A stretch of DNA of 64,000 bases from an uncultured SAR86 cluster bacterium (GTDB lineage: Bacteria > Pseudomonadota > Gammaproteobacteria > Magnimaribacterales > D2472): positions 247,739 through 311,738 of the forward strand of contig CAWUWW010000001.1 in assembly GCA_963926355.1 (NCBI GenBank), in the 5' to 3' direction. The position numbers were made by a program, and so were the translations under genes. Below the pieces are notes generated by a model, which was not told the DNA's origin, searched no databases, and saw only the letters and a list, made by a program, of their open reading frames with translations. This document shows positions 1 to 9,319 of the stretch, piece by piece (within the stretch, counting starts at the first letter, position 1; each line of letters begins with the position of its first letter).

Positions 1-1
1 T

Positions 2-625
2 GATGTCCTTATTAACAACGCAGGTATTCTAAGAGATAAAAGTTTTCATAATGTAACAATGGAAGATTTTAATCTAGTCATGGATGTTCATTTTCAAGGA
101 ACATTGAACTGCACTCATACTATTTATCCGATTATGAGAGAGCAGGGATATGGAAGAATTGTTTTTACAAGTTCTTCAAGTGGAGTCTTTGGAAATTTTG
201 GACAAAGCAATTATGGTGCAGCAAAAATGGCCATGGTTGGTCTTATGAATACGCTTAAAATTGAGGGTCAAAAATATAATGTCTTCTCAAATTCTATAAC
301 GCCAGTTGCTTATACAAGAATGACAGAAGGCTTAATCCCTGAGGACTTCGGTAAAAATATGCAGCCTGAGTATGTGACACCAGCAGTTATCTATTTATCT
401 AGCGATCAGGCTCCAAACGGGGCTATTATGGCAGCGGGAGCAGGAGTTTTTTCAAGAATAGTTATCCAAGAAACCATGGGTGTTTCTTTAGGAACCGGTG
501 ATGACATGACCCCTGAAAATATTGCTGCAAATTGGGACGGCATTTCAGATATGGATGATGCTAGGGCTCTCCAAAATGGCGGCGAGCAGACATTAAAGAT
601 ATTTGAATTAATTAATAAAGAATAA
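2..625 (+). CDS. short-chain dehydrogenase/reductase, C-terminal part (5' end lies outside the window)
   Basis: The frame is open from nt 2 (DVLINNAGILRDKSF...) and continues into listed ORF 59..625. NNAG and S..YGAAK SDR motifs are present. Confidence 0.8.
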   Translation, partial: DVLINNAGILRDKSFHNVTMEDFNLVMDVHFQGTLNCTHTIYPIMREQGYGRIVFTSSSSGVFGNFGQSNYGAAKMAMVGLMNTLKIEGQKYNVFSNSITPVAYTRMTEGLIPEDFGKNMQPEYVTPAVIYLSSDQAPNGAIMAAGAGVFSRIVIQETMGVSLGTGDDMTPENIAANWDGISDMDDARALQNGGEQTLKIFELINKE

Positions 626-626
626 A

Positions 627-1238
627 CTAAAGAGAAAAGCTGGGACGGCTTGAAACCTGATTGACGTAATCATTCAGGTTTTCATAGTCCTCAATGTTAA
701 GCCTGTTTAACTTAACTAAGAATTGAAGATTTACTACCATTTGCAAGTCAGCATAGGTAAATCTATCACCTGCAATAAATTCCCTATCATCAAGAATTTT
801 ATCAAAGGATTTTAGTGATTTTTTACCAACTTCTCTTTGCGCTAATCCATATTCCTCATTTTGATCCTCCATTTCACTCATGGCTGGATGTGTATGCCTA
901 AAACCAAACATCAGCGGAAACATTAATTCAAAAGTAACTCTTGAATACCACATTTCTATTGACGCAATTTCCATAGGGCTTTCGCCAAACATATTTGGTT
1001 CTGGATACAAGCATTCAAGATATCTACAAATAGCCGTAGTTTCTAAAATGACAGTTCCATCATCTAATTTTAGAGCGGGCACTCTAGAATTTGGAGCTAT
1101 TACCTTGTATTCAGGGGTCTTGTGTTCCAATTTCGCAAGATCAAGATTAACTATATCGATGTCTTTTAAGCCTTTCTCTGCAATATATATCAGTACTTTT
1201 TTTGGATTTGGAGCATATTCACTTGAGTACAATATCAC
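627..1238 (-). CDS. glutathione S-transferase
   Basis: 203 aa. The N-terminal thioredoxin-like GST signature (SRVPALKLDDGTVILETTAICRYLE) is followed by a helical C-domain. Confidence 0.8.
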   Translation of the reverse strand: MILYSSEYAPNPKKVLIYIAEKGLKDIDIVNLDLAKLEHKTPEYKVIAPNSRVPALKLDDGTVILETTAICRYLECLYPEPNMFGESPMEIASIEMWYSRVTFELMFPLMFGFRHTHPAMSEMEDQNEEYGLAQREVGKKSLKSFDKILDDREFIAGDRFTYADLQMVVNLQFLVKLNRLNIEDYENLNDYVNQVSSRPSFSL

Positions 1239-1241
1239 TAC

Positions 1242-1883
1242 CTATTTACCTACAATTGAATAGATAACTATAAAATGTAGTATTGCTGCCACACAGACTA
1301 AGACATGAAAAAACTCATGATAACCAAAATACCTCGGACTAAAGTTTGGAAACTTAAATCCATAACCAATTGCTCCAACTGAATAAATAGTTCCGCCAGC
1401 TACTGTTAGTGAGAAGTTTGTAAAACCCATAACAGATGACATTACTGATAGGTATGGAATTGCGATATAGCCGGCAATTAAATAAATGCCAGCTCTAATT
1501 AGGCGAGGTGTATTTGTAAATAAAATAGTTTGAAGTATTCCAACACCTGCAATTACCCAAATAATTAAAAGTAGCTGAAAGCCAATATTTTTAGGAAGAA
1601 TCAAGAGACATATTGGAGTAAAACTTCCTGCAATCATTATAAAGATTGATGAGTGATCAAGTCTTCTCATTACTTTTAAAACCCTAGGTCTCCAGTTCAC
1701 CCTGTGATACAGAGCACTGAAGCCAAACATCATAAAGATGCCTAGAGAATAAATAATTGTTGCTACTAGTTCTTTTGGATTTGTACTTTTGGTTATTAAT
1801 GGTATGCAGGCACCAATTGATATGAAAAACATCCATTCGTGGAAATAGCCTCTAAGTAGAGGCTTTTTCTTAGAAAATTTCAC
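1242..1883 (-). CDS. hemolysin III / PAQR family membrane protein
   Basis: 213 aa with 7 predicted TM segments and the RLDHSSIF and HEFFHVLV motifs typical of the HlyIII/YqfA family. It has a GTG start and abuts the nrdB stop. Confidence 0.8.
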   Translation of the reverse strand: MKFSKKKPLLRGYFHEWMFFISIGACIPLITKSTNPKELVATIIYSLGIFMMFGFSALYHRVNWRPRVLKVMRRLDHSSIFIMIAGSFTPICLLILPKNIGFQLLLIIWVIAGVGILQTILFTNTPRLIRAGIYLIAGYIAIPYLSVMSSVMGFTNFSLTVAGGTIYSVGAIGYGFKFPNFSPRYFGYHEFFHVLVCVAAILHFIVIYSIVGK

Positions 1884-3137
1884 TTATTCCCAGTTAAGGG
1901 CTCCCCCAACTTGATATTCAGTTACTCTTGTTTCAAAGAAATTCTTTTCTTTTCTTAGATCAATAATTTCTGACATCCAAGGGAAGGGGTTTGTAACTCC
2001 TTTAAACTCTTCATCTAAACCAATTTGGCTAAGTCTTCTATTGGCAATAAACTTAAGATACTCTTCCATCATGGCAGCATTCATTCCCAGAACTCCTCTT
2101 GGCATTGTGTCTCTTGCGTACATAATCTCTAACTCTGTTCCTTCTAATATCATTTGAGCTGCTTCACTTTTCATCTCCTCATCCCAAAGATGAGGATTTT
2201 CAATTTTAATTTGGTTGATCACATCAATACCAAAATTTACATGCATGGATTCATCTCTAAGAATATACTGGAATTGTTCTGAGGTTCCTGTCATTTTATT
2301 TCTTCTTCCCATTGAAAGAATTTGAGTAAATCCGCAGTAGAAGAATATTCCCTCTAATACGCAATAAAAAGCTATAAGATTCTTAAGCAACTGCTTGTCT
2401 GTTTCTTCAGTTCCTGTTTTGAAATCCGGGTCTGATATTTCTTGAGTATATTTAAGACCCCATGATGCTTTTCTTGCTACACATGGAACCTCTCTGTACA
2501 TATTAAAGATCTCCCCCTCATCCATACCCAGGGATTCTATGCAGTATTGATATGCATGTGTGTGGATTGCCTCTTCAAGACTTTGTCTTAAGATATATTG
2601 TCTACATTCTGGATTTGTAATTAATCTGTACAGGGCCAGAACAAGGTTATTAGCTACAAGAGAGTCAGCTGTTGAAAAGAAACCAAGGTTTCTTTTCACT
2701 ATTGTTCTTTCATCTTCTGTTAATCCATCTTCTGATTTCCATAGAACAATATCACTAGTCATATTTATTTCTTGAGGCATCCAGTGATTAGCACTGCCAT
2801 CTAGATATTTTTGCCAAGCCCAGTCATATTTCATTGGAACAAGTTGGTTTAAATCAGCCTTACAGTTGATCATCATTTTTTCATCCACCTGAACTCTACC
2901 CATCGCCTCATCGAGCTCTGCATTACCAGCAGTTTCATCAAGGTTTTTTATAGCTTCTCTTGCTATTTTTGCTCTAGAGCCTTCCTCAATTAGTTTTCCT
3001 TGCTTTGCAGGTGCTTCAATATCTGTTATGACAGGTGCCACTACTTTTACTTTTATCTCAGGCGCTTTAATTGGCTCTGGGTTACTTGCCGCAGTTAGTG
3101 CATTCTCTTCTTTTCCATAATCATCCCAATTCAACAT
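1884..3137 (-). CDS. nrdB: ribonucleotide reductase class Ia beta subunit (long N-terminal extension, Pseudomonas-like)
   Basis: 417 aa with diiron/tyrosyl radical motifs ([28 protein letters not shown]). It lies directly downstream of nrdA. Confidence 0.95.
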   Translation of the reverse strand: MLNWDDYGKEENALTAASNPEPIKAPEIKVKVVAPVITDIEAPAKQGKLIEEGSRAKIAREAIKNLDETAGNAELDEAMGRVQVDEKMMINCKADLNQLVPMKYDWAWQKYLDGSANHWMPQEINMTSDIVLWKSEDGLTEDERTIVKRNLGFFSTADSLVANNLVLALYRLITNPECRQYILRQSLEEAIHTHAYQYCIESLGMDEGEIFNMYREVPCVARKASWGLKYTQEISDPDFKTGTEETDKQLLKNLIAFYCVLEGIFFYCGFTQILSMGRRNKMTGTSEQFQYILRDESMHVNFGIDVINQIKIENPHLWDEEMKSEAAQMILEGTELEIMYARDTMPRGVLGMNAAMMEEYLKFIANRRLSQIGLDEEFKGVTNPFPWMSEIIDLRKEKNFFETRVTEYQVGGALNWE

Positions 3138-3153
3138 TATAATTCTCCTTTAG

Positions 3154-6033
3154 TTACTGACATGCTTCGCAATCCGGTTCTTCCATAGCTGCAGCAGTTG
3201 GAACTGGTGCAGCGGCTCCAAGTTCTTGTGGCGCGGCTTCAGCTTGGCCTGAACTAACAGCGTTAAGTTTTCCTTGTTGTACAGTTGATTTCTCTGTGGA
3301 GGTTGCTCCAATCGATCTTAGGTAATAGGTTGTTTTCAAACCTGAATACCAAGCCATTCTGTATGTAATATCAAGCTTTTTACCATCAGCATTTCCAATA
3401 TAAAGATTCAATGACTGACCTTGGTCAATCCATTTTTGTCTTCTGCTGGCTGCTTCAACAATATATCTAGGCTCAACCTCAAATGCTGTTGAGTAGATTG
3501 TTTTAATATCATCAGGAATTCTTGATATCTTAGAAAGACTACCTTCAAAGTATTTTAAATCATTAATCATTACGTCATCCCATAAGTCTAAATCCTTTAA
3601 CTTACGAACTAAGTGTGGGTTAACTATTGTAAATTCACCAGAAAGGTTCGATTTAACATATAGGTTTTGATATGTTGGTTCTACTGACTGAGTTACTCCA
3701 GTAATATTTGATATTGTAGCTGTAGGCGCTATTGCCATTACATTTGAGTTTCTCATTCCATCAGAAATAACTTTCTTTCTTAGCGTGTCCCAGTCAAGAG
3801 TTTCAGATCTATCAACATTCAAATACTCATTACCTCTATTCTCTGCAAGTATTTCAATTGAATCTTTTGGTAAAATACCTTTGCTCCACAAAGACCCATC
3901 AAATGTTTCGTATTTTCCTCTCTCTTTAGCAAGTTCTGTTGATGCATGGATTGCATAGTAGCTAATTAATTCCATGCTTTTATCTGCAAATTCAACTGCA
4001 TCATTACTACAATAAGCAATATCTTGAACATAGAGGGCATCTTGAAATCCCATCATTCCAAGACCTATTGGCCTGTGTTTGAGGTTGGAGTTTCTAGCTG
4101 TTTCAACAGAGTAGTAATTAATGTTAATTACATTATCTAGCATTCTGATTGCTGTTGAAACAGTCTGTTTAATTTTTTCTTCATCAAGAACACCATCTCT
4201 CATATGCCTTGCTAAGTTAACAGAACCAAGATTACATACGGCTATTTCTTCAGCACTAGTATTTAAAGTAATTTCTGTACATAGATTAGATGAGTGAATT
4301 ACCCCAGCATGCTGTTGAGGAGACCTTAGGTTGCAAGCATCTTTAAATGTAATCCAGGGATGTCCTGTTTCAAATAGCATAGTTAGCATTTTTCTCCACA
4401 GCTCTTTTGCTGGCATTGATTTGGATTGATCCATTTCTCCAGCAGCTGCTTTTCTTTCATATTCCTCGTATTTTTCTTCAAATGCTTTGCCAACTAAATC
4501 ATGAAGTTCAGGGGTTTCTCCAGGGGAGAAAAGTGTCCATTTTTTATCTTGCTCGACTCTTTTCATAAATAAGTCTGGAACCCAGTTTGCAGTGTTCATA
4601 TCGTGAGTTCTTCTTCTTTCATCTCCAGTATTTTTTCTTAGCTCTAGGAATTCTTCAATATCTAAGTGCCATGTTTCTAGATAGGCGCACATCGCTCCTT
4701 TTCTTTTTCCACCTTGATTAACTGCTACTGCTGTATCGTTAGCAACTTTTAAGAAAGGAACAATACCTTGGCTTTTACCATTAGTTCCTTTGATATAAGA
4801 ATTCATTGCCCTTACAGATGTCCAGTCATTTCCTAGACCACCAGCCCATTTAGATAAAAGAGCATTATCTTTCATTGCACCAAATATTCCATCAAGATCA
4901 TCAGGGATTGTTGTTAGATAGCAAGATGACAGCTGCGGTCTTTTAGTTCCTGAGTTAAAGAGAGTGGGTGTAGAGCTCATATAATCAAAACTTGATAGCA
5001 ATCTATAAAACTCTATCGCTCTTTCTTCTCTGTTGTCTTCTTCAACAGCAAGACCCATTGCAACTCTCATGAAAAATACCTGAGGTAATTCATATCTAAT
5101 ATCATCGCTATGGATAAAATATCTGTCATACAGTGTTTGAAGACCAAGATATGTAAACTGATTATCTCTTGTATGATCTATGGCATCACCAAGTCTCTTG
5201 AGGTCAAATGTTCTTAATACCGGGTCTAGAATATCAAGCTCAATACCTTTCTCTATATAAGCATTAAGGGCCTTGGGATAATATTTTTCCATTTCATGAT
5301 AGGTTGCCTCTTCGGCAATATCTAAAAATCCAAGTGCTTCACACCTAATTTGATCCATTAAAATTCTAGCAGTAACAAATGAATAGTTTGGCTCTTTTTC
5401 AACCTTTGTTCTAGCTGACATAACAAGACTTGTTCTCATATCTGCTAGAGACACTCCATCATATAGATTTTTTAAAGCCTCTTCTAAGACTTCATTCATT
5501 GAAACCTCTTCCAGTCCTTCACATGCATCATTAATTAACAGAGCAACCTTATCTATATCCAAAGGAACCAATGAGCCATCACTTTTGGTGATATTTATAT
5601 CCAACCTATTAGAAATATCCACCGCTGGTGCTTCTTTTTTTCTTTCCTGGGTTCTTCCTGCCCTATACAGAATATAGCTTCTTGCAACTTCAAGCTCTTC
5701 TGCTCTCATTAGTTGAAGTTCAACTTGGTCTTGAATTTCTTCTATATGAAGGGTTCCTCCAGAAGGCATTCTTCTTTCAAACACCTCAATCACCCCGACA
5801 GATATTTGATTTACTTTTTTATGAATTCTTTCACTGGCAGCAGCATTCCCTGATTCATTTGCAAGAAACGCTTTTGTAATTGCAACTTTAATTTTATCTT
5901 CTTCAAATGCAACAACTTTTCCATTTCTCTTAATTACTCTGAGTTTTCCTGGTGCTGTAGTTTCTATGTCATTAGCTGCAGTTTGGTTCTGCACATCTAA
6001 TAATGCTTTTGTTATTTCTTGCTGTCTTTCCAT
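3154..6033 (-). CDS. nrdA: ribonucleotide reductase class Ia alpha subunit with two N-terminal ATP-cone-like segments
   Basis: 959 aa. ATP-cone sequences are VIKRNGKVVAFEEDKI and ITKSDGSLVPLDIDKV. The catalytic core carries NLCTEI, and the C-terminal CEAC redox pair is present. Confidence 0.95.
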   Translation of the reverse strand: MERQQEITKALLDVQNQTAANDIETTAPGKLRVIKRNGKVVAFEEDKIKVAITKAFLANESGNAAASERIHKKVNQISVGVIEVFERRMPSGGTLHIEEIQDQVELQLMRAEELEVARSYILYRAGRTQERKKEAPAVDISNRLDINITKSDGSLVPLDIDKVALLINDACEGLEEVSMNEVLEEALKNLYDGVSLADMRTSLVMSARTKVEKEPNYSFVTARILMDQIRCEALGFLDIAEEATYHEMEKYYPKALNAYIEKGIELDILDPVLRTFDLKRLGDAIDHTRDNQFTYLGLQTLYDRYFIHSDDIRYELPQVFFMRVAMGLAVEEDNREERAIEFYRLLSSFDYMSSTPTLFNSGTKRPQLSSCYLTTIPDDLDGIFGAMKDNALLSKWAGGLGNDWTSVRAMNSYIKGTNGKSQGIVPFLKVANDTAVAVNQGGKRKGAMCAYLETWHLDIEEFLELRKNTGDERRRTHDMNTANWVPDLFMKRVEQDKKWTLFSPGETPELHDLVGKAFEEKYEEYERKAAAGEMDQSKSMPAKELWRKMLTMLFETGHPWITFKDACNLRSPQQHAGVIHSSNLCTEITLNTSAEEIAVCNLGSVNLARHMRDGVLDEEKIKQTVSTAIRMLDNVININYYSVETARNSNLKHRPIGLGMMGFQDALYVQDIAYCSNDAVEFADKSMELISYYAIHASTELAKERGKYETFDGSLWSKGILPKDSIEILAENRGNEYLNVDRSETLDWDTLRKKVISDGMRNSNVMAIAPTATISNITGVTQSVEPTYQNLYVKSNLSGEFTIVNPHLVRKLKDLDLWDDVMINDLKYFEGSLSKISRIPDDIKTIYSTAFEVEPRYIVEAASRRQKWIDQGQSLNLYIGNADGKKLDITYRMAWYSGLKTTYYLRSIGATSTEKSTVQQGKLNAVSSGQAEAAPQELGAAAPVPTAAAMEEPDCEACQ

Positions 6034-6168
6034 TTTATTTTTTCTTTTCCCTATTTTTGCGCGTTAAATAATTAACTCATCTGAGTGTTTTAAACTTTTT
6101 TTTGGAATAAGTTCTTTGTGATTTCATTTACATTTACACTTTTTCCGCTACCTACTAATATTACTAGT

Positions 6169-6177
6169 TGTGGATAA
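6169..6177. promoter_or_regulatory. perfect DnaA box (TGTGGATAA) in the nrdA upstream region
   Basis: Exact reverse complement of the TTATCCACA consensus. DnaA boxes upstream of nrdAB are known in E. coli. Confidence 0.5.
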
Positions 6178-6193
6178 AGAATCAAGTAAAAAA

Positions 6194-6238
6194 ACACTAT
6201 ATATTGTGACAATTTCATCTTTTATAACTATATAGTGT
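6194..6238 (-). promoter_or_regulatory. pair of NrdR boxes
   Basis: The sequences are ACACTATATATTGTG (6194-6208) and AACTATATAGTGT (6226-6238). Both are near-palindromic, match the acaCwAtATaTwGtgt NrdR consensus, and lie about 30 bp apart centre to centre, upstream of nrdA. Confidence 0.6.
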
Positions 6239-6280
6239 ATATAAAGGTGTTTTATTGCTGTTGGTAATCGGTTAATAAAT

Positions 6281-6289
6281 TGTGGATAA
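6281..6289. promoter_or_regulatory. perfect DnaA box (TGTGGATAA)
   Basis: Exact consensus match 21 nt upstream of the glpK ATG, on the far side of the NrdR boxes. Confidence 0.45.
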
Positions 6290-6309
6290 TTATTAAAAAG
6301 GGAAAAATT

Positions 6310-7761
6310 ATGAATAGTTTTTTAGCAATAGACCAAGGCACAACTAGCTCTAGAGCGATTATCTTTAATGAAGGATTTGAAGTTGTAACGGAATCCCAAA
6401 AAGAATATCAACTAAAATACCCGAGTGATGGTTGGGTTGAGGCTGATCCAGGCATTATTCTTAATACCGTTCAAGAAACTATCACTAATGTAATAAATAA
6501 TTATGATGGAGTTATCTCATCTTGCGGCATAACAAACCAAAGAGAGACAACTATTGTTTGGTCAAAAAAAACTGGTAAATCAATATATCCAGCTATTATC
6601 TGGCAGGATAGAAGAACAAATAAATTATGCGAAAATTTAAAAGCTCTTAATTATGAGGGCATGATTAAAGAAAAAACAGGATTAGTTTTAGATCCTTATT
6701 TCTCAGCAACTAAAATTAAATGGATTCTTGATAACGTTCCGAACGCAAGAAAAGATGCAGAAGATGGAAATTTACTCTTTGGGACAGTTGACTCATTTCT
6801 TATATTTAACCTTTCTAAAGAAAAAAAACATGTTACAGATGTTACTAACGCATCGAGAACAATGCTTTTTAATATAAATACCATGAACTGGGATGATGAT
6901 TTATTAGAACTATTTGATATACCAAAATTAATGATGCCAGAGGTTAAATCCTGTGATTCAAATTTTGGAACTCTGGCAATAAGCAATAAAGAATTTCCAA
7001 TTACTGGAGTTATAGGCGATCAACAGGCTGCTTTGGTTGGTCAGGGGTGCTTTGAATCTGGCGATATGAAATCAACATACGGAACAGGCTGTTTCCTAAT
7101 GGTTAATACTAAAGATAAAATAATAAAAACTAATGAAGGCCTTCTCACAACTATTGGTTATCAAATAAACAACGAGGTAGCCTATGCAATTGAGGGTAGT
7201 ATTTACTCATGCGGAACTACAATTCAATGGCTTAGAGACAAAATGAAGTTTTTTGAATCTGCAAAGGAAAGTGAAGTATTTCTTAACCCAGAGGGCAGCT
7301 CTAATAATATCCATTTCCTACCAGCTTTTAACGGGCTGGCTGCTCCTTATTGGAATTCAGATGTTCGTGCCGGTTTTTATGGAATAACTCAAAATTCTTC
7401 TATTGAAGACATGGTAACAGCTGCTTTTAAATCAATTTGCTATCAGACCAAAGACATTACCGATATCCTTCAAAGATATAATATTTCTATAAATAGCTTG
7501 TTAATTGATGGTGGAATGACTTCAAATGAGACCTTCTGCCAAGTTCTCTCTGATGCACTGCAAAAGGAAGTTCTTAAGCCAGTTAATAAAGAATCTACTG
7601 CTCTAGGTGCTTGTATTGTTGCTCAAGTAGGATTTGGAGTGACTTTATCAGACATCACGGTTGAGCATGAAAAAAAGTTAATCCCTAATATGAAATTAAA
7701 AGATTCATATGATGAGGATTATTTATCATGGAAAAGCTATATTGAGAGCGCAATAGAGTAA
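6310..7761 (+). CDS. glpK: glycerol kinase
   Basis: The N-terminus LAIDQGTTSSRAIIF and the FGGY kinase motifs (GITNQRETT, GDQQAAL) are present. I prefer the ATG at 6310 over the TTG at 6280, which sits inside the DnaA box. Confidence 0.95.
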   Translation: MNSFLAIDQGTTSSRAIIFNEGFEVVTESQKEYQLKYPSDGWVEADPGIILNTVQETITNVINNYDGVISSCGITNQRETTIVWSKKTGKSIYPAIIWQDRRTNKLCENLKALNYEGMIKEKTGLVLDPYFSATKIKWILDNVPNARKDAEDGNLLFGTVDSFLIFNLSKEKKHVTDVTNASRTMLFNINTMNWDDDLLELFDIPKLMMPEVKSCDSNFGTLAISNKEFPITGVIGDQQAALVGQGCFESGDMKSTYGTGCFLMVNTKDKIIKTNEGLLTTIGYQINNEVAYAIEGSIYSCGTTIQWLRDKMKFFESAKESEVFLNPEGSSNNIHFLPAFNGLAAPYWNSDVRAGFYGITQNSSIEDMVTAAFKSICYQTKDITDILQRYNISINSLLIDGGMTSNETFCQVLSDALQKEVLKPVNKESTALGACIVAQVGFGVTLSDITVEHEKKLIPNMKLKDSYDEDYLSWKSYIESAIE

Positions 7762-7825
7762 TTAATATCTCCTAAGCAATTTTTTTTATATATAATGCGT
7801 GAGTTTATTTATCAAACATTTCAAA

Positions 7826-9001
7826 ATGTATACATACAAAATTTTCAATAACATCGCAGATGATGGCATTAATATATTAAAAGATAACAAACTTCAGGTT
7901 GATGAAATTAACCCAGACTCTCTTCTCATAAGAAGCCAGGTTCTTTCAGATGAGGATCTGAACAACTCATTAAAATGCATTGGTAGAGCTGGAGCAGGAA
8001 CAAATAATGTGCCAGTTCAAGATGCTACTAATAAAGGAATTGTTGTTTTTAACACCCCTGGAGCTAATGCAAATGCAGTAAAGGAGCTAGTTGTATGTGG
8101 GATGCTTTTATCATCAAGGGGAATTATTGAAGGCAATGCCTACTCTAAAACACTTTCAGGGCAAGAAAGCTCAGAAATGAACAAATCAATGGAGGCTCAA
8201 AAGAAATTATTTAAGGGCAGTGAGTTAAAGGGTAAGACATTGGGTATTGTAGGCCTAGGTGCCATTGGCTCTCTCCTAGCTCAAACAGCTGAGGTAATGG
8301 GAATGAAGATAATAGGCTATGATCCTCATATATCTGTAGATGCTGCTTGGAGATTACCTCAAGAGGTTGAAAAAGCAGAATCTTTAGAGTTTTTACTAGC
8401 TAACTCAGATTACATTTCACTTCATGTACCCCTTATAGAGGCAACTAAGGACTTAATATCTAAAGATACTCTAAAGCATTTTAAAGCTGGCGCTAAACTT
8501 ATCAATCTCTCAAGAGGCGGTATTGTAAATAACTTGGATATTATCGATGCATTGAATTCTAAGCAAATTAGTACTTTTGTTACTGACTTCCCAACCCCGG
8601 AATTAGTCAACCGATCTTCTGAATTTAGTGATGTTATTTTACTTCCTCATTTAGGAGCAAGTACCAAAGAAGCTGAGGTGAATTGCGCGGTGATGGCTGC
8701 CAATCAAATCACAAATTTTTTAAAGAATGGCGTGATAATAAACTCAGTCAATTTCCCATCAATTAAGCTTGGACGAGCAACTGAAAATAGGCTTGTTATT
8801 ATCAATAAGAATGAGCCTGGAATGATAGGAAGAATAGCTGATCAGATAGCTGCTTCAAATCTAAATATCACAGATATGACTAATAAAAGTAGAGACTCTA
8901 TTGCTATCAATTTAATAGACCTAGAGGACAAGCCATCGGAGCAGCTGATTAATGATATTCGTAATATTGATCATGTTTTAAGCGTTAGACTTTGTAACTA
9001 A
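7826..9001 (+). CDS. serA: D-3-phosphoglycerate dehydrogenase (2-hydroxyacid dehydrogenase with C-terminal ACT domain)
   Basis: NAD-binding motif GIVGLGAIG, catalytic R/E/H region (NLSRGGIV, LLPHLGAST) and an ACT-like C-terminus (RLVIINKNEPGMIGRIA). The ATG at 7826 is preferred over the GTG at 7799. Confidence 0.8.
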   Translation: MYTYKIFNNIADDGINILKDNKLQVDEINPDSLLIRSQVLSDEDLNNSLKCIGRAGAGTNNVPVQDATNKGIVVFNTPGANANAVKELVVCGMLLSSRGIIEGNAYSKTLSGQESSEMNKSMEAQKKLFKGSELKGKTLGIVGLGAIGSLLAQTAEVMGMKIIGYDPHISVDAAWRLPQEVEKAESLEFLLANSDYISLHVPLIEATKDLISKDTLKHFKAGAKLINLSRGGIVNNLDIIDALNSKQISTFVTDFPTPELVNRSSEFSDVILLPHLGASTKEAEVNCAVMAANQITNFLKNGVIINSVNFPSIKLGRATENRLVIINKNEPGMIGRIADQIAASNLNITDMTNKSRDSIAINLIDLEDKPSEQLINDIRNIDHVLSVRLCN

Positions 9002-9269
9002 ATAGCCGATCTAAACCACTGAAAAATCGTTATTATTAAATGAACTTATGTTTAGTTTAAGTAATTGCCATACTAAAATAAAAATAAACTTGTCAACAGA
9101 TATTATTTATTACATCCAAGTTGCTGTCATTTTTTGGTCTTTAGTATCAAATTTATGTTTAAATTTAGTTAAAATATTGATTTACGGTACTTTTATTTAT
9201 AACTGTATAAATTTTGATCAAGTTTTAAGAACCCTTTATTTATATGTGTTTGTTGTGTTATAAATAAAG

Positions 9270-9304
9270 TTATCCATAACTTTATCCACAGTTTTTGTGG
9301 ATAA
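9270..9304. promoter_or_regulatory. cluster of three DnaA boxes (two direct, one inverted)
   Basis: The boxes are TTATCCATA (9270-9278), TTATCCACA (9282-9290) and TGTGGATAA (9296-9304). They end 16 nt before the ung ATG, at the end of a 318-bp AT-rich spacer. Confidence 0.55.
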
Positions 9305-9319
9305 GATTTGGAGCATATT

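Noticed and set aside
880-1263. Antisense or nested shadow ORFs throughout the window (e.g. 880..1263, 2560..2775, 5628..5879, 6696..6986, 8422..8610, 11814..12194, 12698..12940, 13403..13648, 13823..14071, 20635..20979, 23112..24057, 27438..27749, 31166..31885, 32906..33415, 33790..33993, 35344..35616, 37089..37349, 37448..37708, 38429..38626, 40500..40841, 43153..43955, 44337..44579, 45290..45571, 47936..48748, 49185..49752, 53788..53988, 54253..54513, 55390..55686, 58326..58511, 58908..59156, 60018..60215)
   Set aside because: Each lies inside or opposite a gene with strong family motifs. They have no motifs of their own, and their lengths are typical of chance ORFs opposite real genes.
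6034-6309. The nrdA-glpK spacer itself as the replication origin
   Set aside because: Its two DnaA boxes and the NrdR boxes are adequately explained by known nrdAB regulation. The 9.0-9.3 kb spacer is the better, though still unproven, origin-like candidate.
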